Position numbers and translations under genes: made by a program
Source: a virus
Lineage: Duplodnaviria; Caudoviricetes
IMG/VR virus record: IMGVR_UViG_3300002855_000221
Span: 1 to 57,168 of that record
Length of the DNA stretch: 57,168 nt
Strand: one strand, 5' to 3'
Shown: piece after piece, positions 8,704 through 18,339 of the stretch
How positions within the stretch are numbered: position 1 is the stretch's first letter
How the letters are laid out: every line of letters starts with the position of its first letter
Notes under the pieces: generated by a model
Seen by the model: the letters and a program-made list of their open reading frames with translations, nothing else
Databases searched by the model: none
Told to the model about the DNA's origin: nothing

Positions 8704-9562
8704 CTGCTTCTAGCTCCTTTCGAAGTAATCGGTCCAGAGGGCTGCCGCCTCCCCCCTTGGAGTTTGGTTTTGTTATCTGAAGCAATCCTTCCGGATCTAC
8801 CACCTCATAATCTTCATATCGTTTTTGGTTTAAATAGGTGGATGGATGTGGGATATGCTTTTTGTCTGTCTGGAGCAGCTTATGTGTCTTTGCAAAATTC
8901 GCTGTATTTTGAATGACGATAACGGGATCGAATTCTTTATCCTTGCAATGCTTATCCCATACCTTTTGCGCATAGGCTTTTGCTACTTTGCGAGGATAGA
9001 TTTCGTAGAATTGTTCAAATTGAATTTCCGACATATTATTTAAACATTCTCCTTTAATACCTTCTTCTTTAATACCTTCTTCTTTCATTGGTTGCTGTGC
9101 TGGTTGCTCTGCTGGTTGCTCTGAAAATTCCTGCTGGTTGCTTGTGCCCGAAATCCCTTGTCCTGTCTGGATTTCTGCTGGTTGCTCTGAAAATTTCTGC
9201 TGGTTGCTCTGCTGGTTGTTCTGCTGGTTGCTAATTTGAATGATTTCAGGTTCATATTCGAAGGAATAAACGGTGAATTTGCTGTGCCTTTGGGTCTGTT
9301 TTATGAACCCTTCATCAATCATTTTTTTGATCAGCGTCTTCAGCCGCTGCTCCGATATATCAAGCCTCCGACTCCAACCAGGACGACCAAATATGAACTC
9401 CTTTTGATGGATAGTTACTTCCAGCCCGTCTATATTACGTGTCTCAGGCTTGTCTGAAAAACGGGCCAGAAAGTACATCTCGCAGAAGACCATCCAATAA
9501 TCTTTATCACGCCTGAGCCAGTGATTTTGAAGCTCCCTCCCGATTGGGATAAAACCGCTCAT
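8630..9562 (-). CDS. Phage replication initiator
   Basis: N-terminal winged helix, Q-rich linker, FEQFYEIYPRK...HPSTYLNQKRYED. Confidence 0.85.
   Translation of the reverse strand: MSGFIPIGRELQNHWLRRDKDYWMVFCEMYFLARFSDKPETRNIDGLEVTIHQKEFIFGRPGWSRRLDISEQRLKTLIKKMIDEGFIKQTQRHSKFTVYSFEYEPEIIQISNQQNNQQSNQQKFSEQPAEIQTGQGISGTSNQQEFSEQPAEQPAQQPMKEEGIKEEGIKGECLNNMSEIQFEQFYEIYPRKVAKAYAQKVWDKHCKDKEFDPVIVIQNTANFAKTHKLLQTDKKHIPHPSTYLNQKRYEDYEVVDPEGLLQITKPNSKGGGGSPLDRLLRKELEADGSRRRDITDEVHRRGLPELPDGR
9088..9232. repeat. Iteron-like repeats, probable replication origin
   Basis: About eight copies of (CTGC)TGGTTGCT inside the initiator gene, two followed by CTGAAAATT. Confidence 0.7.
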
Positions 9563-9578
9563 GCCTCCTCACCAACGT

Positions 9579-10130
9579 TCAGGTTATTAATTCTTCTGCA
9601 TGTCCCACAATCAGCTCAGTCGCTTTGTGGATATGATCAGTAGGTAAAGCTCCCTCCGGGTCGAACCATTCTTTCAATAGCCCTTCGACCTTAGCAGTTA
9701 GCTTTTCAGATGGTGTCTGTTCTATCGTGTAGCCGTTGACTAGGGCAGTCATGTAATCAAGTGGTCGTGTCTTTGCAAATTCTTTGATCGTAAGCCCAGC
9801 CTTAGAGCTATCAAATTTGTCGATGCTTAAAAACCATCCAAACACTGAAGTTTTAGAAAACCCTGTCCATTGAACACGACATTCTTCAATGGCTTCAGCC
9901 ACCTCAGCCGGCAGCGCTACCTTTTGCCCCCTCGTCGCATCATCTACTTCTTGCTGCAGCCTCAGCTTTTCCTTCTGGAGATCAACGATGGACTGAGCAT
10001 GATGAGCGAGATCGCCGATTGCCTTATCCAGTTGAGATTTCAAGATTTTGTTTTGCTCCAATGCTGCTTCATTCAGTTCTTGTAGCTGTTTGTACTCAAC
10101 GGATGTGTATACATTTTTGTAAGGTCCCAA
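9579..10130 (-). CDS. Hypothetical protein (DUF1642-like C-terminus)
   Basis: Coiled coil, then KVALPAEVAEAIE...ALVNGYTIE. Confidence 0.6.
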   Translation of the reverse strand: MGPYKNVYTSVEYKQLQELNEAALEQNKILKSQLDKAIGDLAHHAQSIVDLQKEKLRLQQEVDDATRGQKVALPAEVAEAIEECRVQWTGFSKTSVFGWFLSIDKFDSSKAGLTIKEFAKTRPLDYMTALVNGYTIEQTPSEKLTAKVEGLLKEWFDPEGALPTDHIHKATELIVGHAEELIT

Positions 10131-10886
10131 CTATACCACCTCCAAGTGATAATGCTTTCCAGCTTCGTACCCACGTTGCCGAAGTGCCATCTTCACGGTC
10201 ATCTCCGCCAGCTGCGGGGTGTTGTTCTCACCCGATAAGTGAGTCAGGTATATACGCTCACCTCGACCGCGAATTAATCGTTTCAGAACCTCTGCCGTCT
10301 GATCGTTACTCAGGTGACCTAGATCGGAGAGAATGCGGGCCTTAATGCTATCAGGCCGATTACACATCTCGACCATATCCGGATCATGATTCGCCTCAAT
10401 CAACACGTAATGGCTGCCATCCATGTACTCCAGCATTTCCTCTGTCCATTTGCCTGTATCAAAGACTACGCAGCAGCGGCCACCCTCGTCATCTTCTATT
10501 GTGTAGGCTACCGGCTCATACGCATCGTGATGGGTTTCGAAGGGATACACATGTACTGCCCCGAACTCTATCAATTCGTACTTGCCGAATCGGGTTTCTG
10601 CTACTCGGCGGAGCTCTTCATCTACACCGGATATCCCTTTCCACTCTCCTTCTGTAGCCCATACAGGGATTCGGAACTTGTTGGCTAATGGCAGCCCCTT
10701 GATGTGATCTCCATGAGCGTGAGTGATAAAAATTGCCGCTATGTGATCTGGCCGGATGCCGACTTCCAGCAGCCGCTTTTCTATCTTGGTCTTTGCTACG
10801 CCGGCATCAATTAAGATCGTCTGACTTCCGGATGTTATCGCTACGCAATTCCCGGCGCTGCCGGAAGCAAGAATGTCAATCTTCAT
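10131..10886 (-). CDS. MBL-fold metallohydrolase (YycJ-like exonuclease)
   Basis: SGSAGN, THAHGDH, HLSGENN. Confidence 0.9.
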   Translation of the reverse strand: MKIDILASGSAGNCVAITSGSQTILIDAGVAKTKIEKRLLEVGIRPDHIAAIFITHAHGDHIKGLPLANKFRIPVWATEGEWKGISGVDEELRRVAETRFGKYELIEFGAVHVYPFETHHDAYEPVAYTIEDDEGGRCCVVFDTGKWTEEMLEYMDGSHYVLIEANHDPDMVEMCNRPDSIKARILSDLGHLSNDQTAEVLKRLIRGRGERIYLTHLSGENNTPQLAEMTVKMALRQRGYEAGKHYHLEVV

Positions 10887-11130
10887 CTTGGTAATCCTCA
10901 AACAGCACAGAGTTGAACGGCTTTCCGGGAAACTCTAATAAGTAAACATCCGTATGCCAACCGCCAACCTCTGTCTTTTCGACCGTGTACACCGCTAGTT
11001 CATTCAATCCCGCCTCGCATGCTTCTTCCGCTTCTCCATCATGACCATTTCGGTTTAAAAACCTAACGCGAGATCCTTTTTGAGCATAAATATTCATGGT
11101 CGGTGGCGGGTCTATAAATTCATAATTCAT
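10876..11130 (-). CDS. Hypothetical protein
   Basis: ORF in operon; probable start MNYEF. Confidence 0.65.
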   Translation of the reverse strand: MNYEFIDPPPTMNIYAQKGSRVRFLNRNGHDGEAEEACEAGLNELAVYTVEKTEVGGWHTDVYLLEFPGKPFNSVLFEDYQDED

Positions 11131-11339
11131 ATCGCACGCTCCCTCTTTATTCGTTCCTGCCACTCCTTATCGAAAGTGCAGGTCTTTGCAGGCCATTCTT
11201 TATACCGGCGCCCCCGGGAGAAGGAGACGAACATCCCTGTCTCCTTCTCGTAGTAAACGCCGTTCAGGACAGGAGGCGAGCTGTTCAAGTCAACGCCTCC
11301 GAACAGATCCAGTTGCTCTGGTGCGCTTCCGTTTTTCAC
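11127..11339 (-). CDS. Hypothetical protein with EQLDLF motif
   Basis: ORF in operon. Confidence 0.6.
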   Translation of the reverse strand: MKNGSAPEQLDLFGGVDLNSSPPVLNGVYYEKETGMFVSFSRGRRYKEWPAKTCTFDKEWQERIKRERAI

Positions 11340-11478
11340 TTAAACTCTCCTCCAGATCCCTTTTGCAGGATTTGCACACCCGCCAATATTTGAATTTCAG
11401 CTCGCTACCAAGGCTGATTTCCGATCCACATACCTGACAATCAGGTGCTAATTGATATATTTCTATTTGAGCCCCCAT
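11290..11478 (-). CDS. Small zinc-finger protein
   Basis: CQVC...CKSC. Confidence 0.55.
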   Translation of the reverse strand: MGAQIEIYQLAPDCQVCGSEISLGSELKFKYWRVCKSCKRDLEESLSEKRKRTRATGSVRRR

Positions 11479-11481
11479 GAC

Positions 11482-12390
11482 TTACTCGGGAAGCGAGTCT
11501 TCTGCCTGTTCAGTTGCCTGTTTATCTTGGATTTGCATATCCAGAATCTTGAGGTATGCTTTGAGCTCCGCGTCCGTAGGTGTATCGCCTCTCATCTTGC
11601 AATATTCATTCATGTGAGCAGCGATGTTTTCTTTTCCAGAGATACCCAACTTCTTGTATTTTTGTTTCATCTCTGCTCGTAGTTGATCTGTTTGATTTGG
11701 TTCAGTTGCATTCGGCGAGTCGGGCTGTTTCGGTTTAATGGTCTCTGGCTCTGGCGTTACGTCCTTACGATCGTATGAATCGACATTTTGAAGTGGAGGC
11801 TGCTCGATATTCTCATCACCGAACTCAAGACCATATTGCTTTTTCAAGGCTCTCTGTTCAGCATGCTTGCCGATCATATCTGGCTCCCACTTGTTCCAGT
11901 TGTCCTTGTTCTGACCGGTGTACACATGGCCGATATGCTCTTTGTCAACAAAGACGGTCACAGGGCGATACCCATCTCTATAAGCAATTGAGTATGCTCC
12001 AACGATGGCTCCCCGAGGAAAAGTAACTTCATGTTCGATTACTTCCCACTCATCTTCACCCTTCTCATTTTTATATTTGCGTGCCTTAAAGGTGTCATTG
12101 GCACAAACCGTCTGAGTGTCAGGTGGTTGAAATCCTTCCTTTTCTCTCGCCTTCGCAAGATACGCCTCGGCAGCAAACTGTATCCGGGCTTGATTCCCGT
12201 ATTTGATGAAAAAGATTTCGTTCTTGAACGGATCGAGTCGGTACGATGCTGCTTTATGAGCAAAGAGCAAGAACTCAGGATCCGTCGCTGTCGGACAAAG
12301 AGAAGTGCGGATAACCTCAAGGACTTCAATAGGGAATGCATCTTTGACTTCTGGAGTTAGGGCCATGACCTGCGTATTAGAATTTGCCAT
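11482..12390 (-). CDS. recT: RecT/Redbeta-family single-strand annealing protein
   Basis: LDPFKNEIFFIKY...NWNKWEPDMIGKHAEQRALK. Confidence 0.88.
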   Translation of the reverse strand: MANSNTQVMALTPEVKDAFPIEVLEVIRTSLCPTATDPEFLLFAHKAASYRLDPFKNEIFFIKYGNQARIQFAAEAYLAKAREKEGFQPPDTQTVCANDTFKARKYKNEKGEDEWEVIEHEVTFPRGAIVGAYSIAYRDGYRPVTVFVDKEHIGHVYTGQNKDNWNKWEPDMIGKHAEQRALKKQYGLEFGDENIEQPPLQNVDSYDRKDVTPEPETIKPKQPDSPNATEPNQTDQLRAEMKQKYKKLGISGKENIAAHMNEYCKMRGDTPTDAELKAYLKILDMQIQDKQATEQAEDSLPE

Positions 12391-12404
12391 ATGATAAGTG
12401 CCTC

Positions 12405-12557
12405 CTAAATGTGAATAATTTTGGTGGTGCTGGTATTGCGGTGTACAATGTGCAACCTGTCCGATTCAGCTTTGAAAACGAGCCAGTTTTCCGGGTTAGA
12501 TCCTGCATCTTTGATGATCTGCTTCTGCCGACGTGTTGGGTTCTTACCGTTTTTCAT
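12405..12557 (-). CDS. Small phage protein (MKNGKNPTRRQK...NPENWLV)
   Basis: Hand-translated 50 aa; RBS AGGAGG. Confidence 0.7.
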   Translation of the reverse strand: MKNGKNPTRRQKQIIKDAGSNPENWLVFKAESDRLHIVHRNTSTTKIIHI

Positions 12558-12937
12558 CGTTCGTATCCTCCTGCTGCAAGGCCAAGGAGGGTCATAGCCT
12601 GCCGAATTGCCTTCCTGGCAGTTCGATCCACTTCGGTATCCTTTGGATATTGGTCCAGCAGCCCGCTAAGACGGCTTTGGTCAACGATGCTGATATAGGT
12701 TTCAGGGAACAGTTCCTTTGGCGGCTCTAGCTGCTTAACCGAACCGATTACTGCATCAAGTGAATTTTTAAGATCAAGAGCTTCTGAAAAGGTCATCTCG
12801 ACATTCGGTGTATCTTCGAGAAAAGGAAAAGCGATTGCCACACTCTGGTCCTTCTCGTTTTTTCGAATTACTATAGCTTCGCTACTGGCCCCGAATCGCC
12901 AAGATCGATAAGTTACGATTTTAATCAAATCAATCAC
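12554..12937 (-). CDS. Hypothetical protein
   Basis: ORF coupled in operon. Confidence 0.65.
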   Translation of the reverse strand: MIDLIKIVTYRSWRFGASSEAIVIRKNEKDQSVAIAFPFLEDTPNVEMTFSEALDLKNSLDAVIGSVKQLEPPKELFPETYISIVDQSRLSGLLDQYPKDTEVDRTARKAIRQAMTLLGLAAGGYER

Positions 12938-13197
12938 CCCTGGGCATTGAACTTTTGAAATGGCTTACCATCGATCTTTGCAAGACGTCTCCGCTCTTTC
13001 CGGCTCAAAACGACCCCGTGGAATGTTTCCTTAATCGCTGTAACAATCGCAGATGGTCCGATGCTTCCAGGCTTGTACGGTTTCTTTTCGATAGCCTCAC
13101 GCTTGAATTGACGACGAGATTTGATGATTGCAAAATCATGTGCTGCTCCTGCTTGAAGTGCTGCGGTAAGTGCGTGCTTTTTATTGGTTATTCTCAT
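12934..13197 (-). CDS. Hypothetical basic protein
   Basis: ORF coupled in operon. Confidence 0.65.
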   Translation of the reverse strand: MRITNKKHALTAALQAGAAHDFAIIKSRRQFKREAIEKKPYKPGSIGPSAIVTAIKETFHGVVLSRKERRRLAKIDGKPFQKFNAQG

Positions 13198-14755
13198 GGG
13201 ATAATTCCTCCGATTCGATTTTTAATGGTTTTCCTTCAATGACTTGGCATAAGATCAATTGCCCTCGTGGAGCCTTGTAGTGCGTAACACTTTCCTTGTT
13301 GTCGATAAAACATGGGGCTATCCAGCCGCTCTGCTGGCTGATGACGTTTCGGACTTCCAAGCCCGCCCGTATAGCTCCTGATAGGGAAAACTGTGTTGGA
13401 GTCTTGCCGTATTGATCAATCACAAAATCCGCTTTGATGTCGCCGTTCTTTTGTTCCTTAAAGAGCCGGATCTTAATCGTTTCGAAAAGCCCTTGTACCT
13501 TGGCTGCTTGCAACTCGGCAGCTTTAGCTTCATAAGACTTAATAGCGTCCAGGATAAAGATGGAATCGTTACGGCTCGCCAACGTAGCAGCCTCATCTGC
13601 CCGTGCCTTTTCCAGATCGGCTTGCAAGCTCTGACTTCGGTTGTATAATCCAATCGCGTCCGCTTTGGTATCCCTGCGCTTCTCCAACGCTCTCATCTGT
13701 TCCCAAAGCTCTGACACGTCTATAAGTTCCACAGCGGCCAGCTCTACCTCTAGCTCTTTACGTTGAGCAACCAACTTGTCATGCTCATCTCGCAGAGGCT
13801 TCTTGCGCTCATCTTTATTAGTTTCAGCCGCCTGTTTAGCTGCCTCATCAAATGGCCGCTTACAAGTTGAACATTCCTCTGCAATTTCTTCATTGTGAAC
13901 CTTCATGTATCGATCCTTGGCAGCTGCAATCTGCTGCCGAACATTTTCAATCGTTCCTTCAAGTACCGCCTGCTTCCGCTTGGGCTCATCGGCCAGCTCG
14001 ATCTTGGCATGGATTGCCTTGACCTGCTTGACCAGCTCAGCGTCCTCCGCTTTAATCGCCTCGATGTCTTCCGGCATCTCTGGTAGCTGCCGGAATTGCT
14101 CTTCAAGGGTTTCTGTTCTCCCTTGTGCCTTTTTATGTGCAGTGTCCTTGTCGTTCTTATTCTTCTTATGGATTTCCTCAAGTTGTGGCAGCGTGTGTTT
14201 CTTAACCAGCTCAGCCAGCTTCTCAGCTTGAGGGTTCAATTTGATATCCTTCAGTTTCTGGTCTGGATCCGTCCGGCTCATTTCGGCAAACACTTCTTTT
14301 TGGGTCGGCGGCATTTCATATCGAAGCATTATTTCACGCTGCTTTTCCCAATGAAGAGAGAAAAAGTATGAAGGATTGTATAAGCATAGGAACAGATCCT
14401 TGTCGATCAGAGACTTTACGATCTCTTCAAAGTCGCTCGCCTTGCTTGGCACATCATTGATGTAATAGGTGGCTTTCCCCTTCTCGATCCCGCGGCCAAA
14501 TTTCAGCAGCTTGCCATCCACTTCCAGCAGCGTTTCTGCCATGACATAATCGTATTTATACGTCGTAGGAGTAGGGTCCATCTTGCTCCCAAAGGTGTCC
14601 GTGCCGTACAATGTCCATGGAGGGATATCCAGAACACTGGACTTTCCTTCCTCGTTGTCCCCCGTGATCTTGGTCAGGTCGCCAAACTTAACACATAGAT
14701 CACGGTGGGCTTTAAAGTTATGACACATGCCCTCAATTAACTTGAATTGGTTCAT
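13181..14755 (-). CDS. Rad50/SMC-like ATPase
   Basis: GDNEEGKS Walker A, long coiled coil, CSTC zinc hook, FIDNKE Walker B. Confidence 0.88.
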   Translation of the reverse strand: MNQFKLIEGMCHNFKAHRDLCVKFGDLTKITGDNEEGKSSVLDIPPWTLYGTDTFGSKMDPTPTTYKYDYVMAETLLEVDGKLLKFGRGIEKGKATYYINDVPSKASDFEEIVKSLIDKDLFLCLYNPSYFFSLHWEKQREIMLRYEMPPTQKEVFAEMSRTDPDQKLKDIKLNPQAEKLAELVKKHTLPQLEEIHKKNKNDKDTAHKKAQGRTETLEEQFRQLPEMPEDIEAIKAEDAELVKQVKAIHAKIELADEPKRKQAVLEGTIENVRQQIAAAKDRYMKVHNEEIAEECSTCKRPFDEAAKQAAETNKDERKKPLRDEHDKLVAQRKELEVELAAVELIDVSELWEQMRALEKRRDTKADAIGLYNRSQSLQADLEKARADEAATLASRNDSIFILDAIKSYEAKAAELQAAKVQGLFETIKIRLFKEQKNGDIKADFVIDQYGKTPTQFSLSGAIRAGLEVRNVISQQSGWIAPCFIDNKESVTHYKAPRGQLILCQVIEGKPLKIESEELSHENNQ

Positions 14756-15104
14756 CCTTTTTTCTTGCCTCCTTTACTCCAGTCAGCCCTAGGCTAATTA
14801 GGATTTTCTGGTCCACGCCATTCATCTCGTATTTGCTGAGGTACTCACCTGTTTGGAACAAAAGCCTACTTTTGCAGACGGTTCGAATTTGCTCCAGCAA
14901 GACGACTGATGGCTTTTCCGTACTCCATATCTCTTGATGTGTCGGCATATATCGCTTATTACAATCTGTAATAGGTGCAATGATCGTTGTGGGTGAATGA
15001 AGATTGCCCACATCGTTTTGAAGGATCACAACTGGTCGAGTTCCGTGCTGTTCACTGCCCAGCCCTTCTCCAAGGTCAGCCATCCAAATTTGTCCTCTTT
15101 TCAT
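14733..15104 (-). CDS. PemK/MazF-family endoribonuclease (orphan)
   Basis: MKRGQIWMADL...GSEQHGTRPVVILQNDVGN...LLEQIRTV. Confidence 0.9.
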   Translation of the reverse strand: MKRGQIWMADLGEGLGSEQHGTRPVVILQNDVGNLHSPTTIIAPITDCNKRYMPTHQEIWSTEKPSVVLLEQIRTVCKSRLLFQTGEYLSKYEMNGVDQKILISLGLTGVKEARKKDEPIQVN

Positions 15105-15117
15105 TTGCCTGCCTCCC

Positions 15118-15735
15118 CTAAATCTCCGTCTTCTTTTGTTCCAGCGAATCAATTTCCGCCGCCTTTTCCTGTAAGCTCTTTAGCATCGAAGGGATATTCA
15201 ACCGGCTGATAATATCAGCAGACAACTGTTCGCGAAGATTCTTCTCAAGGGTTTTCAGAACTGTGTCCTCCGCTCGTTGCCGCGCATCTGCAATTAGCGC
15301 AGCCAACTTGTTTTCAAGCTCTCTACCAAGCATGTTATGGGCAAAGTATTCATGGATTGTATACTTTGCTTCACGCTCCCGTTCAGTACGATTGCCACGT
15401 TCGTCGAAGACCTTCCGTTCAAGGAACTTGTCGTACTGTTTGCCTACATACTCACTGAGAGGCAACAACTTAACTTCATCCCGCCACATTCCTGTTTCCC
15501 AAGGGATTTTGATATTTTGAAGCTTCTCCTCAAAAATGGTTGTAAGAAATTCACTTGTTACTTTGTCTGCCGCTTCAGTGATCTTCGCTTCAATGGTTGA
15601 TTGCACTTGCTTCTCGACCTTGCTTATGAGTCGATCCTGCAATCCCCTTACAACCTCGTCTCTAAGCTCGTCTGAAACGTTCCCGGTCTCAGAATCAAAC
15701 CAATCTAACTCCAATTCGACTTTCATTTTGGACAT
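15118..15735 (-). CDS. Hypothetical protein
   Basis: 205-aa ORF with RBS. Confidence 0.7.
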   Translation of the reverse strand: MSKMKVELELDWFDSETGNVSDELRDEVVRGLQDRLISKVEKQVQSTIEAKITEAADKVTSEFLTTIFEEKLQNIKIPWETGMWRDEVKLLPLSEYVGKQYDKFLERKVFDERGNRTEREREAKYTIHEYFAHNMLGRELENKLAALIADARQRAEDTVLKTLEKNLREQLSADIISRLNIPSMLKSLQEKAAEIDSLEQKKTEI

Positions 15736-15783
15736 CGCGCATTCTCCTTTTTGGGCTCAACCCCCCGATTTTGGCAAAAAAAA

Positions 15784-16344
15784 TTATGGCGTCTTCAATT
15801 TGACGCTCGCTTCTTTGGAATAAGGCATGAATTTCGCTCGAGCGTTTTTCACTGCTTTGTCAGCTTCTTCGACCGTGTCATATCTACCGATGGTCTTTGT
15901 TTTCCCTTGAAGCACTACGGCAGCCACCCAGTTCTGACTTTTCTTGTTCCAACTTACCCCTCTTGCCCCAGATGTGTTATTACGTTGGTTTCTAGCTCTG
16001 TTTTGTTGATTTCCTGACCTGGAAACTATCCTTAAATTCGCGTCAGTGTTATCTAGGGTTTTGTTGTTGAAGTGATCAACTTGCATATTTTGTGGACAAT
16101 TGGTGATCCATCTATGAAGATACACAGTGGATATCCTTCCGTTAGGAAGTTTGATCCTTCCAGCACAATAGAAGCTTTTTGTGATGGGGCTCCAATTCGC
16201 ATACCATGTCCCTTCGTATGATTGGGCTACCTGTAGGTTGCTTGTGCTAATTAAAGTTTCCATGCGACCGTAACGCGGGCTATTAAGAATGATGGCAGTT
16301 ACTTCACCTCGGACCCAATACATGTTTTTCATCGCTTTGTTCAC
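15784..16344 (-). CDS. HNH-AP2 homing endonuclease
   Basis: LHRWI...VDHFNNKTLDN...NLR, then SGARGVSW AP2 domain. Confidence 0.88.
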   Translation of the reverse strand: MNKAMKNMYWVRGEVTAIILNSPRYGRMETLISTSNLQVAQSYEGTWYANWSPITKSFYCAGRIKLPNGRISTVYLHRWITNCPQNMQVDHFNNKTLDNTDANLRIVSRSGNQQNRARNQRNNTSGARGVSWNKKSQNWVAAVVLQGKTKTIGRYDTVEEADKAVKNARAKFMPYSKEASVKLKTP

Positions 16345-16366
16345 CTCCCTTCAAGGAATATGTTCC

Positions 16367-16549
16367 TTACATTGCCACCTGTAAGCTCCTACGATCGCCC
16401 CAGAGTGTCAGCAGCTCCTGTCGGCATTTTCGATATTCACCACGAGCGTTCAGTGCTTCAAGGTGCCTGCCTTCCGTCAGCATGCGGCGTTCTGTTTGTA
16501 ATGCCTGTACCATTTTCATGCGTAGGTAATTCTCTTCGTTCAATTTCAT
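16367..16549 (-). CDS. Hypothetical protein
   Basis: RBS AAGGAG; in operon. Confidence 0.55.
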   Translation of the reverse strand: MKLNEENYLRMKMVQALQTERRMLTEGRHLEALNARGEYRKCRQELLTLWGDRRSLQVAM

Positions 16550-16639
16550 TTCTCCTTTCTCTTATTTCAGCTGCCAGTAAGAGTCGGCAGAAGATCAAAG
16601 CATTAATGAGTAACCAACCGATGAAGATCAACGCGGCTA

Positions 16640-16798
16640 TCATGATTCTTTAATGCCAGGAACGTCGCGCTCGATCATTGTGATTTCCATATGAACAAAG
16701 TCAATCTTTGCTGGGTTTACAAGGCCGCTGTTCTTGAACCTGTGGAGATTGTTATAGTGTTGAATGACTTCGGCCGGAATCTCGTTGAGTTGAGTCAT
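16640..16798 (-). CDS. Hypothetical protein (52 aa)
   Basis: Hand-translated MTQLNEIPAEV...; ATGA overlaps. Confidence 0.55.
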   Translation of the reverse strand: MTQLNEIPAEVIQHYNNLHRFKNSGLVNPAKIDFVHMEITMIERDVPGIKES

Positions 16799-17061
16799 GA
16801 ATACTTAGCCTCCATTCCATCAAGCTTCATAGTGATTTCTTGCACCCATTTCATGTCTCCAGCTGTTTGCGCCTCAAGAGCCAGGTTCTTTAGCTCGTCC
16901 GTTTCACGGACAAGTCTGAGGTTGTCAATCAGCAGTGGAAGTAGCAGCCTCGTCTCGATTGATCCAACACGTAATTCGCCGCTGCCATGATCGATTATCA
17001 TGAGTACCAGTTCCGCAAGCTTTCGATGTACTGGATGAATGATGACTGCCATTATTCTCAC
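16795..17061 (-). CDS. Hypothetical protein
   Basis: IHPVHRKLAEL; in the early operon. Confidence 0.7.
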   Translation of the reverse strand: MRIMAVIIHPVHRKLAELVLMIIDHGSGELRVGSIETRLLLPLLIDNLRLVRETDELKNLALEAQTAGDMKWVQEITMKLDGMEAKYS

Positions 17062-17339
17062 CTCTCCTCTAAGTTGGCTTGATTTAGTAAATCTCTTAAT
17101 TGGATCAAGCCCTGTAAATTTGTAATACTGATTGATTTTGCTGGGATGTATATCCCTTGTTCTTGATCGTGGAGCTCAGCTTCAAACACAGTTAATGTGC
17201 AGGCAGTACCTCTCTTGATAAGCGATGCAGTTTGATCATCTGTAATCACAACTGATTGAGCTTTCATCCGCTCGACCTCCAATCGGAAATAATATCCAAA
17301 AGATATTGACGAAATATACGACTTTACCGTATAATTCAA
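17058..17339 (-). CDS. Hypothetical protein (start uncertain)
   Basis: ORF after cro; probable true start MKAQS. Confidence 0.55.
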   Translation of the reverse strand: MNYTVKSYISSISFGYYFRLEVERMKAQSVVITDDQTASLIKRGTACTLTVFEAELHDQEQGIYIPAKSISITNLQGLIQLRDLLNQANLEER

Positions 17340-17354
17340 CTTGTAGCCAAATTC

Positions 17355-17591
17355 TTAATTATTAAGAATACTAGGGCATAGCAATTCCTTGGGATTAAGC
17401 TCCAACTCCTCAACCATACACAGCTTCTCAACTTCATCGGCATGTAGCGTTGATGAACCGTCCATCACCCGGTAGAATCTCCCGAGTGGGATACCTGACT
17501 TCTCTGCTGCAACCTTTAACGGTATGCCCTTAGAACGGATATGGTTCCGGATTCGTTGAGACACGGAGGATTCAGTAGATGAATTCAACAT
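17355..17591 (-). CDS. Cro-like HTH regulator
   Basis: IRSKGIPLKVAAEKSGIPLGRFYRV; divergent from cI; RBS GGAGGTG. Confidence 0.82.
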   Translation of the reverse strand: MLNSSTESSVSQRIRNHIRSKGIPLKVAAEKSGIPLGRFYRVMDGSSTLHADEVEKLCMVEELELNPKELLCPSILNN

Positions 17592-17622
17592 GGCTATCAC
17601 CTCCATTCTATTCAATTTCCCA

Positions 17623-17748
17623 ATTCCTAGAATCTAAGAATTTCGTAAACCAAATATACATCCTATTTTCTAAGAATGCAACCCTTATTTTAGGAATATT
17701 TTTATTTTTTTCTGCGTATTTAAGAATAAGTTCTCCGTTTCTAGGAAT
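17623..17748. promoter_or_regulatory. Immunity-region operators
   Basis: Half-site TYTARGAAT at 17633, 17669, 17689, 17719 and 17740; near-palindrome ATTCCTAGAATCTAAGAAT at 17623-17641; related ATTCTTAATTATTAAGAAT at 17351-17369. Confidence 0.7.
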
Positions 17749-17787
17749 TATGATAGTATCTGAGTTGTTAAGGAGAGGTGGATTTAT

Positions 17788-18162
17788 ATGTTACCGATTT
17801 ATGCTAATCGTCTTAAAGAAGCGCGCATTAACAAGAAGTTTTCTCAAGTCCAAGTGAAACAGCATACTGGGATCAATAATAAGACTCTAAGTGGGTATGA
17901 AAACGGGGTAAGTGAACCGGATTATGACACACTCAAGGTCTTGTGTGACCTCTATGAGGTATCAACTGATTGGGTACTTGGAAACACAAACAACCCTAAC
18001 AGCAGCTTGACGGATGCCGAAAGGGATGCGGTAAAAAAGATAAATTTAAGTGACGATTCCTTTTTGAGTTTAGACATGGAAATAGACGGTAGGGAACTAA
18101 CAGATGCACAAAAACAGAAGGTCCTTGCTATGGCTCGTCTGCTTCTTCAACAAGATCACTAA
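17788..18162 (+). CDS. CI-like XRE repressor (no peptidase domain)
   Basis: RLKEAR...TLSGYENGVSEPD...VSTDWVLG. Confidence 0.9.
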   Translation: MLPIYANRLKEARINKKFSQVQVKQHTGINNKTLSGYENGVSEPDYDTLKVLCDLYEVSTDWVLGNTNNPNSSLTDAERDAVKKINLSDDSFLSLDMEIDGRELTDAQKQKVLAMARLLLQQDH

Positions 18163-18339
18163 TTAGCAACTGGATTAAGTTTTGATTTTGTGGCGTATCC
18201 TTTGCAATTGACTTCAAGAAACAAGCAACATCCAAACCACCTGATGAATTCTTCATAAATTTGTTACCCCCATATATTTTTTTATTACAAGCGAATGATG
18301 TGTTTATTCAAATTTTAATTTTATATTTGGAGGATCAAT

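Noticed and set aside
9088-9232. Short repeats as a CRISPR array
   Set aside because: The 8-12 bp units have no unique spacers and are in frame within the initiator gene; they fit origin iterons
17669-17748. TYTARGAAT repeats as LytTR boxes (one pair is 21 bp apart)
   Set aside because: The same half-site forms 19-bp palindromes, which better fit XRE operators; not fully excluded
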